The position numbers and the translations under genes were made by a program. This document shows positions 49,720 through 63,090 of a stretch of 64,000 nucleotides of DNA, in pieces. The stretch spans positions 12,712,001-12,776,000 of the forward strand of contig CM052832.1 in assembly GCA_028534125.1 (NCBI GenBank), in the 5' to 3' direction. This DNA is from Lama glama (Eukaryota). The notes beneath the pieces are model-generated. The model was given only the letters and a program-made list of their open reading frames with translations, did not search any database and had not been told where the DNA came from. Numbering within the stretch: position 1 is the stretch's first letter; every line of letters starts with the position of its first letter.

Positions 49720-51340
49720 AGGAAAACACTGATTTTAAAAAACATTGATAAATTGGACTGCATCAAAGTTGAAAACTTGCTCTGTAAAAGATACAAGAAA
49801 ATGAAAAGAGAAGATACAGCCTGGGAGAAAATGTTTGTAAATTATATATCCCACTACAGACTTGTATCCAGAATATATAAAGAACTCTCAATATTCAACA
49901 GTATGAAAACAAACAATACAATATTTTAAATCGGCAAAAGATTTAAGCAGATAGCTCACCAAACAAAATATATGGATGGCAAATAAGCACCTGAAAAGAT
50001 AATCAACATCGTTAGCCATTAGGAAAATGCAAATTAAAACCACAGAAAGACACACACCATTAGAATGCCTATGATTTTTTAAAAAATCTGACAACACCAA
50101 GTGCTGGTGAAGAGGTGAAGCAGCTGAAAGTCTTCTCCATTGCTGATGGGTAAGCAAAGTGGTACAATCACTCTGGATAATAGTTTGGCAGCATCTTATA
50201 AACTTGAACATGTACATACCGCATTACCCAGGAGTTAAACTTAGCTATTTGCCCTATATATGTGAATCTTAATGTTCACATAAAAACCAAATACAAATAT
50301 TTATATACAGGGCAGTTCTATTTACAATTACCTAGAAAGAACTCAAATGCTCTTCAGTAGGAAAATGGATAAACAAACGATGGTACATCTATGTGATGGA
50401 ATACTACACATGCAATAAAAAGGAAGAAACTACTGACAAAAGCAACAACATGGAAGAATTTCAAATGCTGAGTGAAAGAAGCCAGGCTCCAATGGTTACA
50501 TACTGTATGATTCCATCTATATAACAGTCTGGAAAAGACAAAACTATAGGGACAAATAGCAAGTCAGCGATTATAAGGATTTAGGAATAGGGGAAAGGTT
50601 TGATCATAAAGCAAATTGGGATTCATTCATTAAGGGATTGTTTAGGGTGATGGAACTGTTTTGTAACTGATTGTGGTGGTAGTTACACAAATCTATACAT
50701 GTGTTAAAACTTATAGAACTGTACATCAAAAAGCCAACTTAACTATGTTTGTTAGTTATCAAGAATATGCAGATTAAAACCACAATGAAATACTTCATAC
50801 CCACTAAAATGGCTAAAATTAAATACACGGGAAAAAACAAATGTTGACAAGGGTGTGGAGCAACTACAACTCTCATACATCACTTGGAAATCAGTATGGC
50901 AGTTTCTCATGAAGTTAAACATCCACTTACTCTAGGACCCAGCAATTTCACTTCCAGGTTTTTTAAAGAGAAATGAAAACATATGCACACAAAAAGACTT
51001 ATATATGAATGTTCACAGCAGCTTTACTCGTGATCATCTCAAAAATAGGATACTACGTGAAGAAAGTCGAGCATGGGAGAGTATACATGCTATGATTCCA
51101 TTTATGTGAAGTTGAAGAACAGTCAAAACTAACCTATGGTGATGGAAGAACAGTGATTGGCTCTGGAACAGAGGAACTGACTGAAAAGGAGTATGAGGAA
51201 ACTTTCTGGGGTGCTGGAAATGTTCTATATCTTGATTGAACTGGTGGTTACACAGGTACATACATTGTCAAAATTCATGGAACAGTTCACACTTAACATC
51301 TATGATTTCACTGGATGTAAATTTTACCTCAATTAAAAAT
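49720..51340 (+). mobile_element. Two old L1 (L1MC/ME-type) 3' fragments in tandem (~49720-50750 and ~50760-51340)
   Basis: IDKLDCIKVENL...WEKMFVNYIS ORF2 C-terminal remnant, followed by two separate 3'UTR ends. Confidence 0.75.
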
Positions 51341-51349
51341 TTACATATA

Positions 51350-51374
51350 TGTGTGTGTGTGTGTGTGTGTGTGT
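51350..51374 (+). repeat. (TG)n microsatellite
   Basis: Dinucleotide run directly after an L1 tail. Confidence 0.9.
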
Positions 51375-51399
51375 TGTGTATACATGAAAGCAGTAGCTT

Positions 51400-52750
51400 G
51401 GCTTAAATAAGAAAACTAAATTGTGAGATGGTCTTCGACATGCATGTTTTGTTGAAAATTCAATTTTTAATTTTTGTTTTGATGGTCAGAAGTGTTGAAA
51501 ACCCCCATTTGAGATTCATAGTGATTCATTTTTGCAAATGGAATTATAGCTTTTAGTTTTTTTCTTTTTGAATCAAGGTAAGAATAATGCTTTCTCGAGG
51601 AATACTAGAATTCTTCAAGTATGCTTAAATTAAACTCCAACTATTTTTTTTTTGTTCTAAGATCAATGAATTCATCTTCAGTTAGGTCAACATCTTAACA
51701 TCTCTGATTCAGTTTATATAAGAAAGAAATGGACTTCTTTTAAAGACCTCTGAAGTGTTTCAGAAATTTGAAGATTTCTCTTTTCAAAGAAACTGACAGA
51801 ATTTTGTATTACAATCCCATCTTGGAAAAGCATATCCTCCAGTTTCTTGCATATCAATCACTTAACTGAGAATGTTTTTAAATTTTTTTAGGAAGCATCT
51901 ATTAAAGTGACCCCATAACAATGAACTGAAAGATTTAACTCAGTCACACGACTGCAAGTATATGCCAGGTAAGCCAATACATGAAAAAAATTCTTTTTCT
52001 AGTAACGTCCCAAGAGTGGATTTTCTTTTCATTCTTTCATTTTAAAATTTCAGTTCAAGTAAAACTTCTGCCCTTAGTTTGTAAAAGCACTTGAAGGCAT
52101 ATCTTTGTAAAGGCCAGCAAACTTCTGTGTGGTAGAGAAGGAATTTATATTTTGCTCTCATATCTTTGCAAAAAAATTTTAAATGCGTTTAACTCAAAGA
52201 TCTGCCTCTGATGAGGTTAATGACATTTATGTCTGTTGACAAAACTTTCTTTTTCAAAGCTGTGAGAAGAATCTTTTTGTCAGTGCATGTCTGTGTAAAA
52301 AGACAATGAGTGATGCGGAGAGTTTCCTTTCTTATGAAAGTAGCAAAATTAGATGCATTACCAAGCGTCTCAGGTGCTCCTTCTGTGCAGAATATGAAGG
52401 TTTCTTTTCAAAGTTTTATTTAGCAAACAATATTTTTACCGTTTTCAAAATGTTCACAGCTTTGTAGTTTCCAAAATAACTCACAAAGTAAGAATTCTTC
52501 CTTGATAGTATCAGCATGAGTACAGGAAACAAAAAGAGGGAGCTGGCTACATTGACAGATATCTGTGGAGAGATGTATCTTATTTAGATGCCTTTTTAGG
52601 CTAGGCAAATGTAAGATGCTCTTTCAATTTTGCTGACATTATATATCAATTCACATTAATTTTTACATACGCACACTCCACTCTGGCTTTCGTGTTCCAA
52701 CACATCCGATAATGCAAGTGAAACAATATAATACATGGCTGTCATCATCA
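51400..52750 (-). pseudogene. Decayed hAT (Charlie/Buster-like) transposase coding remnant
   Basis: Minus-strand translation across frameshifts gives FCTEGAPETLG, THCLLHRHAL, VINLIRGR, LLYHTEVCW, LAYLA and IPFA...GFSTLLTIKTK, the hAT motifs in the correct order. Confidence 0.85.
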
Positions 52751-52849
52751 TTTCCTTTTCTTTGACACTTCATTTTATGTTGGACTTGTGAAAAAAAATA
52801 CACAAAATAAAGCTAAAATGAAACTTTTGAATCAATTTACTTTCTTAAT

Positions 52850-53275
52850 ATTTTTGGAAATAATTTCAGAATTATATAAAAGTTTCAAGAATAACACAAA
52901 GAATTCTCAGATACTCTGGACTGGATTCCCCAATTGTTAAAATTTTACATTTACTTGATCATTTTCTCTCTACTTATACACATATACATGTCTTTACATA
53001 TATGCAATTTTCTCTATTATCATTATACACACACACACATATATTCACCTCTCTCTATAAATACATATTGCTTTTATGAACCACTTGAAAGTAAATTGAA
53101 GGCATGATACCTCTTTATCCGTAAATACTAAAATGTTTGTTTCATAAGAACAAGAATAGTCTCTTATTTAACCACAGTATAATTATCAAAATCAGGAAGT
53201 TAATAATTGATATGATACTTTAATCTACAGACCTTATTTATATTTTACCAATTGTCCCATAATGTCCTTTGTAGT
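52850..53275 (-). mobile_element. L1MC4/5-like 3'UTR fragment
   Basis: aaataatttcagaatt...gaaccacttgaaagtaaattg...aagaacaagaatagtctcttatttaaccacagtataattatcaaaatcaggaa. Confidence 0.7.
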
Positions 53276-53549
53276 AAATATTTTTTGAATAAATGGATAA
53301 AGAAAATGTGAGATAGAATAAGGAAATCCTGCCATTTGCAACAACATGGATACAACTGGAGGGCACTATGCTGAGTGAAAAAGCCAAACAGAGAAAGACG
53401 CCCACACGTGGCCAGCAATCCTTCCTGGTTTCCCTCCTGAGCTCTCTCCTGTTCTCTGCAGTAGTTATTTCACACTTTGTCCACCTTCTTCCAACCTCTG
53501 ATCCCAACACTCCTCCCTTCCTTCACTCTGATCAGAAGATCTTTTCCAG

Positions 53550-53584
53550 ATGTGGTAAATATATATATACACATATATATACAA

Positions 53585-53653
<69 letters not shown>

Positions 53654-54130
53654 GGAATACTACTCAGCCATAAAAAATAAAAATAATGCCATTTGCAGCA
53701 ATATGGATGGACCTGGACATTATCATACTAAGTGAAGTAAACCAGAAAGAGAAAGAAAAATACCATATGATATCAGTTATATGTGGAATCTTTAAAAATG
53801 AGACAAATGAACTTATCTACAAAACAGAAACAGACTCAGAGACATAGAAAACAAACTTGTTGTTACCCAGAGTGGGGAAGAAGGGGATAGAGGGATAAAT
53901 TGGCAATTCAAGATTTGCAGATACTAACTACTATATACAAAATAGATAAACAGCAAGGTCCTACTGTGTAGCACAGAGAACTTTATTCAATACCTTGTAA
54001 TAGCCTATAATGAAAAATATGAAAAGAAATACATATATGTATATATAAATGAATCACTATGCTATACACCAGAAATTAACACATTATAAACTGACTATAC
54101 TTCAATAAAAAAACCTAAAAATAAAAAAAT
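53550..54130 (+). mobile_element. Younger L1 3' end containing a (CA)30 microsatellite
   Basis: atggaatactactcagccataaaaaa...atggacctggacattatcatactaagtgaagt...ctactgtgtagcacag...cttcaataaaa. Confidence 0.88.
53591..53650 (+). repeat. (AC)30 microsatellite
   Basis: Perfect dinucleotide run of 60 bp. Confidence 0.97.
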
Positions 54131-54532
54131 ACCATAAAACAAGATCCTTTCCAACTTCACACAATGAATAGAAACCAACAGTAGAAAAATTCCTCACCTT
54201 TTCTCTCTAACCTATTTCCAGACTCTTCTCTCCATCTATATTCCATTTTTTTCCACTTTTCTCCTGAAATATAACTCCTTATTTCTTATTCACTTCCTAA
54301 AGCAGAGCAAATGGTTGTTTTTGCCTCCACTATGGCACTAAAACTGCTCTTCCAATGATCTGGTTGCAAATTTTTAGTTCTTGTCTTACCTGACCAAACA
54401 CTAATTACCTCTCCCCACAAAACAAAAACCAAAAATAAAACATATGACTGTGCCTACCTGAGCTGAAGTAGTGTCACTGGAGGGTCCCTCAGTGGTCTCC
54501 TGGGTGCCTGCCTGCACAGGACTGTGATGTTC

Positions 54533-54534
<2 letters not shown>

Positions 54535-54572
<38 letters not shown>

Positions 54573-54910
54573 GTATCATTGATGTATATTAGTTTCAGGT
54601 GTACAACACAGTGATTCAATACTTCTTTCTAAACATCATGAAATGATCATGGTAAGTCTAGTTACCACCTGTCACTACAAAGCAATTACAGTATTATTGA
54701 CTATATTCCCTATGCTGTACATTACATCCCGATGGCTTGTTTATTTTATAACTGGAAGTCTGTAACTCTTAATCTCCTTCACCTAACTTCCCCCATCTCT
54801 CCCATCTCCCCCATTCCATGTGGCAACCACCAGTTTGTCCTCTGCATCTGAGTCTGTTTTTGTTTTGTTTTTCAGATGCCACATATAAGTGAAAACATAC
54901 AATCTTTGTC
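54535..54910 (-). mobile_element. L1MA-type 3' end with an (ATT)n tail-derived microsatellite (54535-54572)
   Basis: ttagtttcaggtgtacaacacagtgattc...tattattgactatattccctatgctgtacattacatccc...ggcaaccaccagtttg. Confidence 0.85.
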
Positions 54911-56781
54911 TTTCCTGAGGACTGTGGTGTTCTTGTGAAGTGCCAAGGAGCCTTCAAGGCCTGTCCCCTATGCTGAGGACCCATACTTGCCTCCAAGATG
55001 CCCTTGAAAGTCCCTGGCTAGAGCTGGATAGAGCCCAGGAGAGTGTGATCTCCAAAGACCTGGTCCCTACATCCTAAAAAGGGGAGGTAAAAGGAGAGGC
55101 AGACCAACAAAGCTCTGGCAACCCAGGTCCTGGAGGTGTGCAATTCCAGCTTTGTATCTCAGTGTGAGTCCAGTGTAGCCTACAAGCTCTTTGCCTGGAG
55201 ATGGAGGAACATGAAGACGCACCCAATATGCCAGGCAGCACTGCTCAACCACTCCCACAGAATGTGATAAAACCTTTTATCAGAAGCTTTGACCCTTTAC
55301 TAAAATGTAGCTCACAATAGCTTTTTTGTTTTGTTCAGGGTATAAACACTTAAAGCAGTGCCTAGTGAAAAAAGGGTGTCCAGTAACGATTGCTGAACTG
55401 AATTTATGGGAAATACCCAGAATTCAAATAGCCACTATATGACAAAAAAAGTCACACCAGATTAAAGTATTCAGAGAACCCAAAGGGAGGTAGACAGCAG
55501 GGACAGTGGTTCTAGAAACTGGATCTGAGATAAGGATCTGGGTTAGACTTCTGTAAAGTGACAACAAGCAGGAAATACTACTCCAGAGATTAAATTTATG
55601 AGTTCAGGTAACCCCTAGTGAGTACATTTTTGGGGGATGCTGTACACGAAGGAATTCCAACATCTGAGCATTTACTGTACAGGATTCATAGGCCCTTCTA
55701 AACTGAAGAAATCAGCTGAACAAGACAGCTATTTTTCATTAACACAAGGCCTCATCTTCTACTCCAGGGCCCCTACTCCTACTGCTTCAACCCCCATTTA
55801 CAGCAAAAGCTAAAAGAGTTGACCAGGTAGGAAGTTTTACTGGTGCTCAGAAGAACAAGCCCTTGGTCTACGGTTACCAATGGCAACATTCTGCTCAAAT
55901 CAGGCCCTGCACCTGTTAACAAGACTGCTTCTCTGGGTGCGAGACAGTGATTCCAGGATTCTAATCTTCTTAGGTTCTTCTTAGGTTAGCATCACAATGC
56001 AAGTTAGACGTTCCTTCTCTTAATTTCTATGTCAAACAGAGTTAACTGTAGAATTTTTTAGAGGCCTGGAGGAACGAGCTGTTGAGACAAATATACCTAG
56101 GGCACCCCTGAGTTACCCTTAGATATGAAGTGAGGAGATCCTACACAGAGTTGGGCTATAAAAAGCAAACAGGCAGTTGGAGAGAGCTGCCCATCCCAGA
56201 CATTCTTGAAGCTGTGGTGACTGCCTGGATGGTTGTTCACAGAGCAAAGAGGAGAGAGATGGGCTGGAGATAATGAGGGGATTTGGGTCTTTCTATAAAA
56301 ACAGCAGTTTCCAATCAGAAAAACAGATGACAGGTATCCAGCTATCCAACCCACAAAGGGCACGTCCCCCATCCTGGCAAAGTCTGATTGCTGGGATGAA
56401 GCCTGCCCAGAGGTACAGTGAGCCCTTTCTAGGTTAACGTAATCGGATGGATATGGGACACCTGCCACTCACTGCAAAGCGCTTCACAGAGCTAACTGGC
56501 TGCATTCATCTGCTTAATAAAGCCAGAATCTGAAACAAATCCTCTACCCAGTTTCTCACAGCCGTATTGTAGAGAATGCGCCTTTAATTAGAGCCAGACT
56601 GCACAGTGGTGGGGCTCAGCTATACTGTGGTTTGGCACTGCAAGGCAGAAAAGTTACCATGTATTTTTCTAGGCAAGCAAAATAAGATGGTGTTTAATAT
56701 CAGATATCCCTCCAGGAAAAGAACATACTGTGTAGCTCAGAGAAATGATGTAAAAGTTTGAGTTAATTTTTGGCTTGTGTC

Positions 56782-56881
56782 TTTTTTTTTTTTTTTAAAT
56801 TAATGGAAGTACTGGGGATTGAACCCAGGACCTCATGCATGCTAAGCATGCGTTCTATCACTGAGCTATACCCACTCCCCC
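56782..56881 (-). mobile_element. Vic-1-like SINE (short form)
   Basis: T run, then gtactggggattgaacccaggacctcatgcatgctaagcatg...ctgagctatacccactcccc. Confidence 0.88.
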
Positions 56882-56984
56882 ATTTGTCTTTTAATAATAT
56901 TCAAGTTTATGTTTGTGAGCAGTGCAATAACTGGAATAATTGTTGCTCCATTATTGTGAGTTAGGCCTCACTATGATACATCAG

Positions 56985-57090
56985 GGTATTTTAGAGATGA
57001 AGAAACAGGCTCAGAGAGGTTGAGTAACTTGCCCAAGGTCACACAGTCACTAATGGCAGGGCTGGGATTCAAATCCAGCTAGTCTGACTT
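56985..57090. mobile_element. MIR
   Basis: agatgaagaaacaggctcagagaggttgagtaacttgcccaaggtcacacag...gctgggattcaaatccag. Confidence 0.85.
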
Positions 57091-58410
57091 AAAATGTTGA
57101 AGTTTACTTTTGCTTTGCTTTTCTTTGTTTAAAGTCTGTATTTAAAAGCTCACCTTCGTAACCTGTGTGACACACTTGAGAGGAATTTGGTGTCCTGAAA
57201 TGAAAGGTTGCAAGTCATTCTGTGTCCAGCAGCCAAGGGAGAGAAGGATCGGTCTGTGAGCTCAGTCTCTGCAGATGGCCTTCAGGCTCTTTGAGTTGAG
57301 ATGTGTCTCCTTTGAGGATCTCTACTCTAATGATGTAGAAGGGTGTTCGCTGCAACACTGTCTTAAAACAAAGAGTAAAAAGTGGGAAGCACTGGTCCCT
57401 GACACGGTAGCCACCTGGCTATGCAAAAACCAGTACTGTACAAAACTACACAGCTCATTTATAGTCACCTAAACATAATTACATGTCACCTAACATAAAT
57501 TATAAGGACTTCCACGGCAAGGACACAAATCTTACTAGAAATGAAGTTGATTTTCTCAAGCCTATATTTTGTCAAAATGTAAATAGCTATTCATACAAAG
57601 TGACAGTTGCACTTTTTCTTGGATGGTTTGGAAGAAGATTGACTTTATCTAGGATACTCTGCTTGGGTTTACTGAAGTTTCATACTGTAGGGTTTTGTGG
57701 AATTGGGAGTCTAATTGACTTTGTTCTTATTTCAATGCAGATTATTGGACTTTAATATGGAAGTAACTGCAGATTATTATGGAACCAGACTTACAAGACC
57801 ATTACTAATGAAACACTTTTAAAAAATTATATCTGTAAATATTTCAAAAAAGAAACAGATTGAGTCTCCTTGATTTTAACAGAGAAGTCCCAGTAGGTGG
57901 ATTTCCAGATTTTCCTTTTTTCCTTCTACACATTACCACTTTATGGGCTCTGTCATTTTTGTTATTTTGTTTTGTTGTTTTAGTTAAAAGTATATATTCT
58001 GAGATTTATTTAATAGGACTTTGAGAGCTGTATGAAAAAGAGTAAAAGGTTTAAAGCAACCCAGATCAAAAACAGACTTAAAAACCACATTATGGTGCAA
58101 GTACATAATGGAATAACAGGCGGCTGTAACAAAAAGGAAATTCCTATGTTCTGACACGGAACTATCACCAAGATAAAACTGAAAAAAAAAATCATGGTAC
58201 AAAATAGTGTACAGTTTGTTATTTGTGGAAAAGACAGTAAAGGACTACATGTGTGTTTTGCTTGGACAGACAGAGAAGATATCTGGAAGAACATACAGGA
58301 ACCCGCAACACTCATCATCTCTGTACAGAGAAGTGGTCGCTAGGGGACAGAATGACAGGCTTTTCACTTTAGGTCCTTTTGTACCTTCTGATTTAAAAAC
58401 ATGTGACCCA

Positions 58411-58573
58411 GGGGGAGGGTATAGCTCAAGTGGTAGAGTGCATGCTTAGCATACACAAGGTCCCGGGTTCAATCCCCAGTACCTCCTCTTGAAAAAGAAA
58501 GTAAAATAAGTAAGCAAACCTAATTACCTCCCCCCCAAAATAAATAAATAAAAAATAATAAAATAATAAAAAA
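58411..58573 (+). mobile_element. Vic-1-like SINE
   Basis: GGGGGAGGGTATAGCTCAAGTGGTAGAG...GGTTCAATCCC; TSD AAAAACATGTGACC at 58395-58408 and 58574-58587. Confidence 0.92.
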
Positions 58574-59207
58574 AAAAACATGTGACCATATGACCTATTC
58601 AAAAAATGCATATCTGAACTCTTCTAAAAATGAATATATGCCCATGCAACTATATAAACACATGTATAGGGGAAATATAAGATTATTACATCAAAATGGT
58701 AATTATCTTTTCCTTCTTTTCTCTATTTCTCCAGAATTTTTTAATTTTGTTTCAATGGATATTTTTTAAAGTATTGTTTTCTATGTTTAACTTACTTCTT
58801 CCTTGACTGTACCAGTATTTCAACCAGCAATCCTGTTGAGAAAGATCAAGATGAAGACAAGGGACTCCAGAATCCCAATATTCACAGGACTCAACAAAGG
58901 AAAAACCTACCACCCCTATGAAACACACGAGATATAAATAAAAAACTACAAAGAATGGTGCTCTAGATGGGCAGTAAAAACTGAGAGGAAAATACCTTTC
59001 CATCTGGAAGCAATCACTGAACGACATAATGCACAGCCAGGTTCACAATCCTACTAGAGACAGCAGGATTTCAAATGACTGCTCTTAAACTTCCTGTGTT
59101 TTCCCTCATTCTCATTACTGGTAACCAAGGATACCACAGGTTTTCCTAAACTTCTATTTCCCAAACATCAAACTACCTTCCTTTGTTTAAAAAGGGAAGG
59201 TAGTAGT

Positions 59208-59338
59208 GGGGAGGGTATAGCTCAAGTAGTAGTGCGCATGCTTAACATGCATGAGGTCCTGGGTTCAATCCCCAGTACCTCCACTGAAAAATCAAATAAA
59301 TAAACCTAAACACCTACCCCCTGCAAACAAAACAAAAT
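59208..59338 (+). mobile_element. Vic-1-like SINE
   Basis: Same head; TSD AAAAGGGAAGG(T/C)AGT at ~59190-59204 and 59339-59353. Confidence 0.9.
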
Positions 59339-60269
59339 AAAAGGGAAGGCAGTTTAAAAAAAAAAAAAAGAAACAAATTTTGATTAAAAAAAAAAGTGTA
59401 TCATCGTCGTGTTTCCTGACATTGGGTAAAACAGAGTTGGAAAAAACCTCAAAAACCCAGCTGAAAGAAGGGAACTCACCTCATCCTGAAACCAGGGAGC
59501 AGTGACCCATCCATGGAATGAAAAGCAGACATGCCAATCAAGGGCTTATCAGAGCCCCTCAGCTATGGTGATCTTGGGCGTGGCTTCTTAGGCTGACATT
59601 CACTTGAGTCTATCATCTGACACAGTCATTTTCTTGGTTGCAATTTATGAGCTGCCAGTGTTTACTTGTGAGACTGTCTGGAAGCTGGAAGGGAAGGAAG
59701 ATAAATGCACCAAAGCCCAGCTGAGCAACCGATAGGTTTTACATTTTATTTCCAGGAAATGACACCTTATTTTCACAAAGAAGAGGTATGCCATGCTCTC
59801 AAGTAGAGGCTGCCTTCGCCTCTGAGGGCAACCAGGGATACCCAACCTGCCCAAAACAAATGTTAACAGAGGTGCTTCTGAGGTACCAAAACAACAACAA
59901 CAACAACAAATTTAAAAAGCAGAACAGAAATATATAACCCATTCAACATGTAGTGAAGCAGAGTCTCCTAAGTTCCCTGAAGCAGTCGGTGTGGTGAGTA
60001 CCGGGGGTGCTCAGACAATGGTGGCAGCAGGGCTGGCCAGCACGGAGGCTCGTGACGGAGAACTTCTTAACTCAGTCTCTGTCCCATGTGGCTCTATCCC
60101 GCGCTCTGTCTCAGAGCGGCTGAAGACCTGTCCAGAGAGAATCTTCCACACCGTCCCAAGCTCCCATCGCCTGGCAGTCTTTCATGTGCCCCTGGAGCAT
60201 GGTCTTCAGGACAGTCTCTTAGCTTTGGAGAAAAAAAAGTGAGATAAAGGAAGAGCCTACATTTCCTTC

Positions 60270-63090
60270 CCTGGCCTCCCTGCTGCCTCCCTCAGTTTCT
60301 TTCCCACACAGCAGCCAAGATGAACCAAGAAAATAGATGTCAGATCTTACGACTCTGCTCCAAGCCTAGTCCTCATTTCTCCCAGAGTAAGAGTGAAAGT
60401 CGAAGTCCTTCCAGAGGCTTATAAGGCCCTAGATGATCTGCCTAGCTACCCAACCTCCTGATCTCCCTTCCTACCCCCTCCCCATCACTCACTCCACCCA
60501 GCCACACTGGCCTCCTTGCTGTTCCTCCAACGGCCCTAGCACGCTCCCCATTCCTATTCCCTCTGCCTGGGACACCCTCTCCCCAGATGGCAACACGGCC
60601 ACCTTAAAGCATAAGTAGAGCATTTCTGAGCTTTATTTTATATCCCGTTCTCAGTGATTACCCTCACTACCCTATCAGAACTGCCAACCCTCTCCCCATC
60701 ACGCCCTATCCCTATCTTGCTTTATTTTTCTCCACAGCACAAACCACATCTAACTGATCAGATCTGCACTTCTCTTTCTATTCCTTGTACCTAGAATATT
60801 TCCAGGCACAAAGCTGGCCTTCAATAAATACATCTGCTAGAGGAAGGAAGGAACTAGGCATACAGCAACAGGCGTATGAGAGGTGTGATTCCTCCTCTGT
60901 CCAGCGGGAAGGGGTAGGAGATCTATTATTCACTTGCCCCTAGGGTTTTCCAATCACTTCTGCTTCCTTGATCCCAGGGAAGCAGGGATCTTGGTTTCCA
61001 CACGGGGCACAATAAAGCCACCAAGGAGATTTGTTCCCGCCCTTGAGATTAAGGTCTGGAATGCTCTGGTAGGCAGATTGAGAGGATTATAAAAGTCACT
61101 TTTTTCCCACTTCTGGGCATCCTCTGAGGGAGTGGGCCTGGAGCTGGCCATACCTTCAGCCTTGGAACTGAGAGAACCACGCAAGGCTCCCTTCCTCTCC
61201 GACAATGGCCTCACCTAATAGCTCACAGGAAAGTACAGAAGCTGCAAGTTCTCTTGACTCCCCTCAAGCAAATTTCCTTGCCCCGCCTCTCACACTAAAC
61301 TCTTCTCTCTGTAGACAGAGGGTGTATCCGCCTACGTTTAAAGACTAATTCCTCCAGCTGTGCTCTGCATGCCCTCCCCTCCCCTGCCTTCCAGAGAATC
61401 TTGCCCTGTCTACTACCTTGGCCTTTCAGTGTCTCCTCTACAGGGTCAGCAACTGAACATGTGCAAATCTCTCATGTTCTTAGAAAACAAATCAAAATGT
61501 CCTTTTACCCCACTTCCTCTTCCAAGTACAGTCTTCGCTTGGTGCTGCCGCCTGCCATCTTAGTTGTGGCCAAATTTCTTCAAGAACTTGTCTATTCTTA
61601 CTCTCCTCTACTCCCTCACCTCAAACTCATTCTCCAGTTCACTGAAAACTGGCTTCTGACCCCATCAGTCCCCCAAACGTGTACTAGATAAAGCCATCAA
61701 TGTCCTCCACACCTGCTACATCATCCCAAGGGCAATTTTTCATCCTTATCTTGTTTACCTTCTCAGCAGCATTTCACACTGACTCCTCAGTTCATAACCA
61801 TGCATTTACTGAAGACCCACCAAACACTCTTTCAGGCCCTGGGAAAGAATACCACATAGAGAATGCCTGCCCTCAACTTTAAACATCTAGGGACAATAAC
61901 ACACTAACAATATAATTTCAATCTGGTAAGGGTTTGAAAGAAGTAATAGGGAGGTGTCTACAAGGCAGTGAAGGGGGCGCTACCTCAGACAAGGTTGTGG
62001 TCAGGAAGGCTCAAGGCACACCACTCTAATGTCTCTGGATGCCTGTCCCACACTGCCTTCTTTTTCCACCTCTCTTCGGCCACTCCTCATCAGTCTGCCC
62101 GGCATACTATTCTTCCACTATCTACCCTTACATGTAGGTGTTTCTCAGGGATAGGGACTTGATACGTGACTCTCATCACCCACAGAGAGGGTACAAAGTG
62201 GCTCATTCACTTTCACAGCTCATGATCCCCAAATCCAGTATCTTAACTCAGGTCTGTCTTCTGGGCTCCAGATCCACACACTGAAAAGCCCACTGAACAG
62301 CTCCAGTGATGCCCTCAGGTGTCTTCAACTTAATTTTCAGTTTAAAAGTAAACTTATCTCCCTGCCAAACTGCTCCTTATTTCAGTGAATGCACCACTAT
62401 CCACCCAGCTGCCCTGACCCAAGCCTGGGAGTAATCCTGGACTCCAAGCTCCCTCTTATTCCTCACAGTAAACCAGTCCCACAAACCTGCAGATCTGCCT
62501 CCTTAACCACCACTCAAGTCCATCCATCTACGTGCTCCATCACCGCTGCTGCTTCTCTAGTCCAGCCACCATCATCCTTGGTTGGGCTGCTGCCTCTATT
62601 CTTGTTTCCATCCCCATTTATTCTCTTCACTGCATCCACATTCACTTATCCAGAAAAACATAAACATGGACAGTCACATCTCCACTTAAAATTTTTTGAT
62701 AGTTTTCCCACTGCTCCTAGGCAAAAATCTCCAATGCTGTCTAGAAGACCTTCACAATCCAGTCCTGCCTACTTTTCCAGCCTCACTGCTCAACGCTGTC
62801 CCAGCACTCTACAGTCCAGCCACAGGGCACTTGTTTAAGCCCAAAAGTCCCCTTGCTTTCCTACTTCTGGCCCCTATTACCTACACATACACCCACATCC
62901 CCTTCACTCCCCTGCCTGCCCTTGACCTTTACCAGGTACCCTTGATTTCTCTTATGGTAGCCCTTTACTGTAAGCAGCTTAGGTCTCGCATCCAGACCAA
63001 AAGCTCCACGAAGGCAGGGGCTGCATGTGCCTTGCTCACTTTTATCCCCAGCACCTGGCATTTGGTAGATGCTAAGAAGGAAAGGCTGAG
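60270..63090. mobile_element. Cluster of ancient L2 fragments
   Basis: cacacagcagcca...ccagccacactggcctccttgctgttcctc...ccctctgcctgg; cagcagcatttcacact; tcagtgaatgcaccactatccacccagctgcc; ccccagcacctggca are L2 hallmarks. Boundaries are approximate. Confidence 0.65.

Noticed and set aside
51400..52750. Domesticated transposase gene (ZBED/Buster type)
   Set aside because: Multiple stops and frameshifts, no long ORF, and the catalytic-region motif is degenerate (CTEG instead of CTDG).
53368..53680. ORFs with HT/CV repeats
   Set aside because: Translation of the (AC)30 microsatellite.
58411..58485. tRNA-like sequences (also at 8392, 21485, 56881, 59208, 63478) as tRNA genes
   Set aside because: Each has an A-rich tail, most have clear TSDs, and the copies are mutually diverged: these are SINE heads, not tRNA genes.
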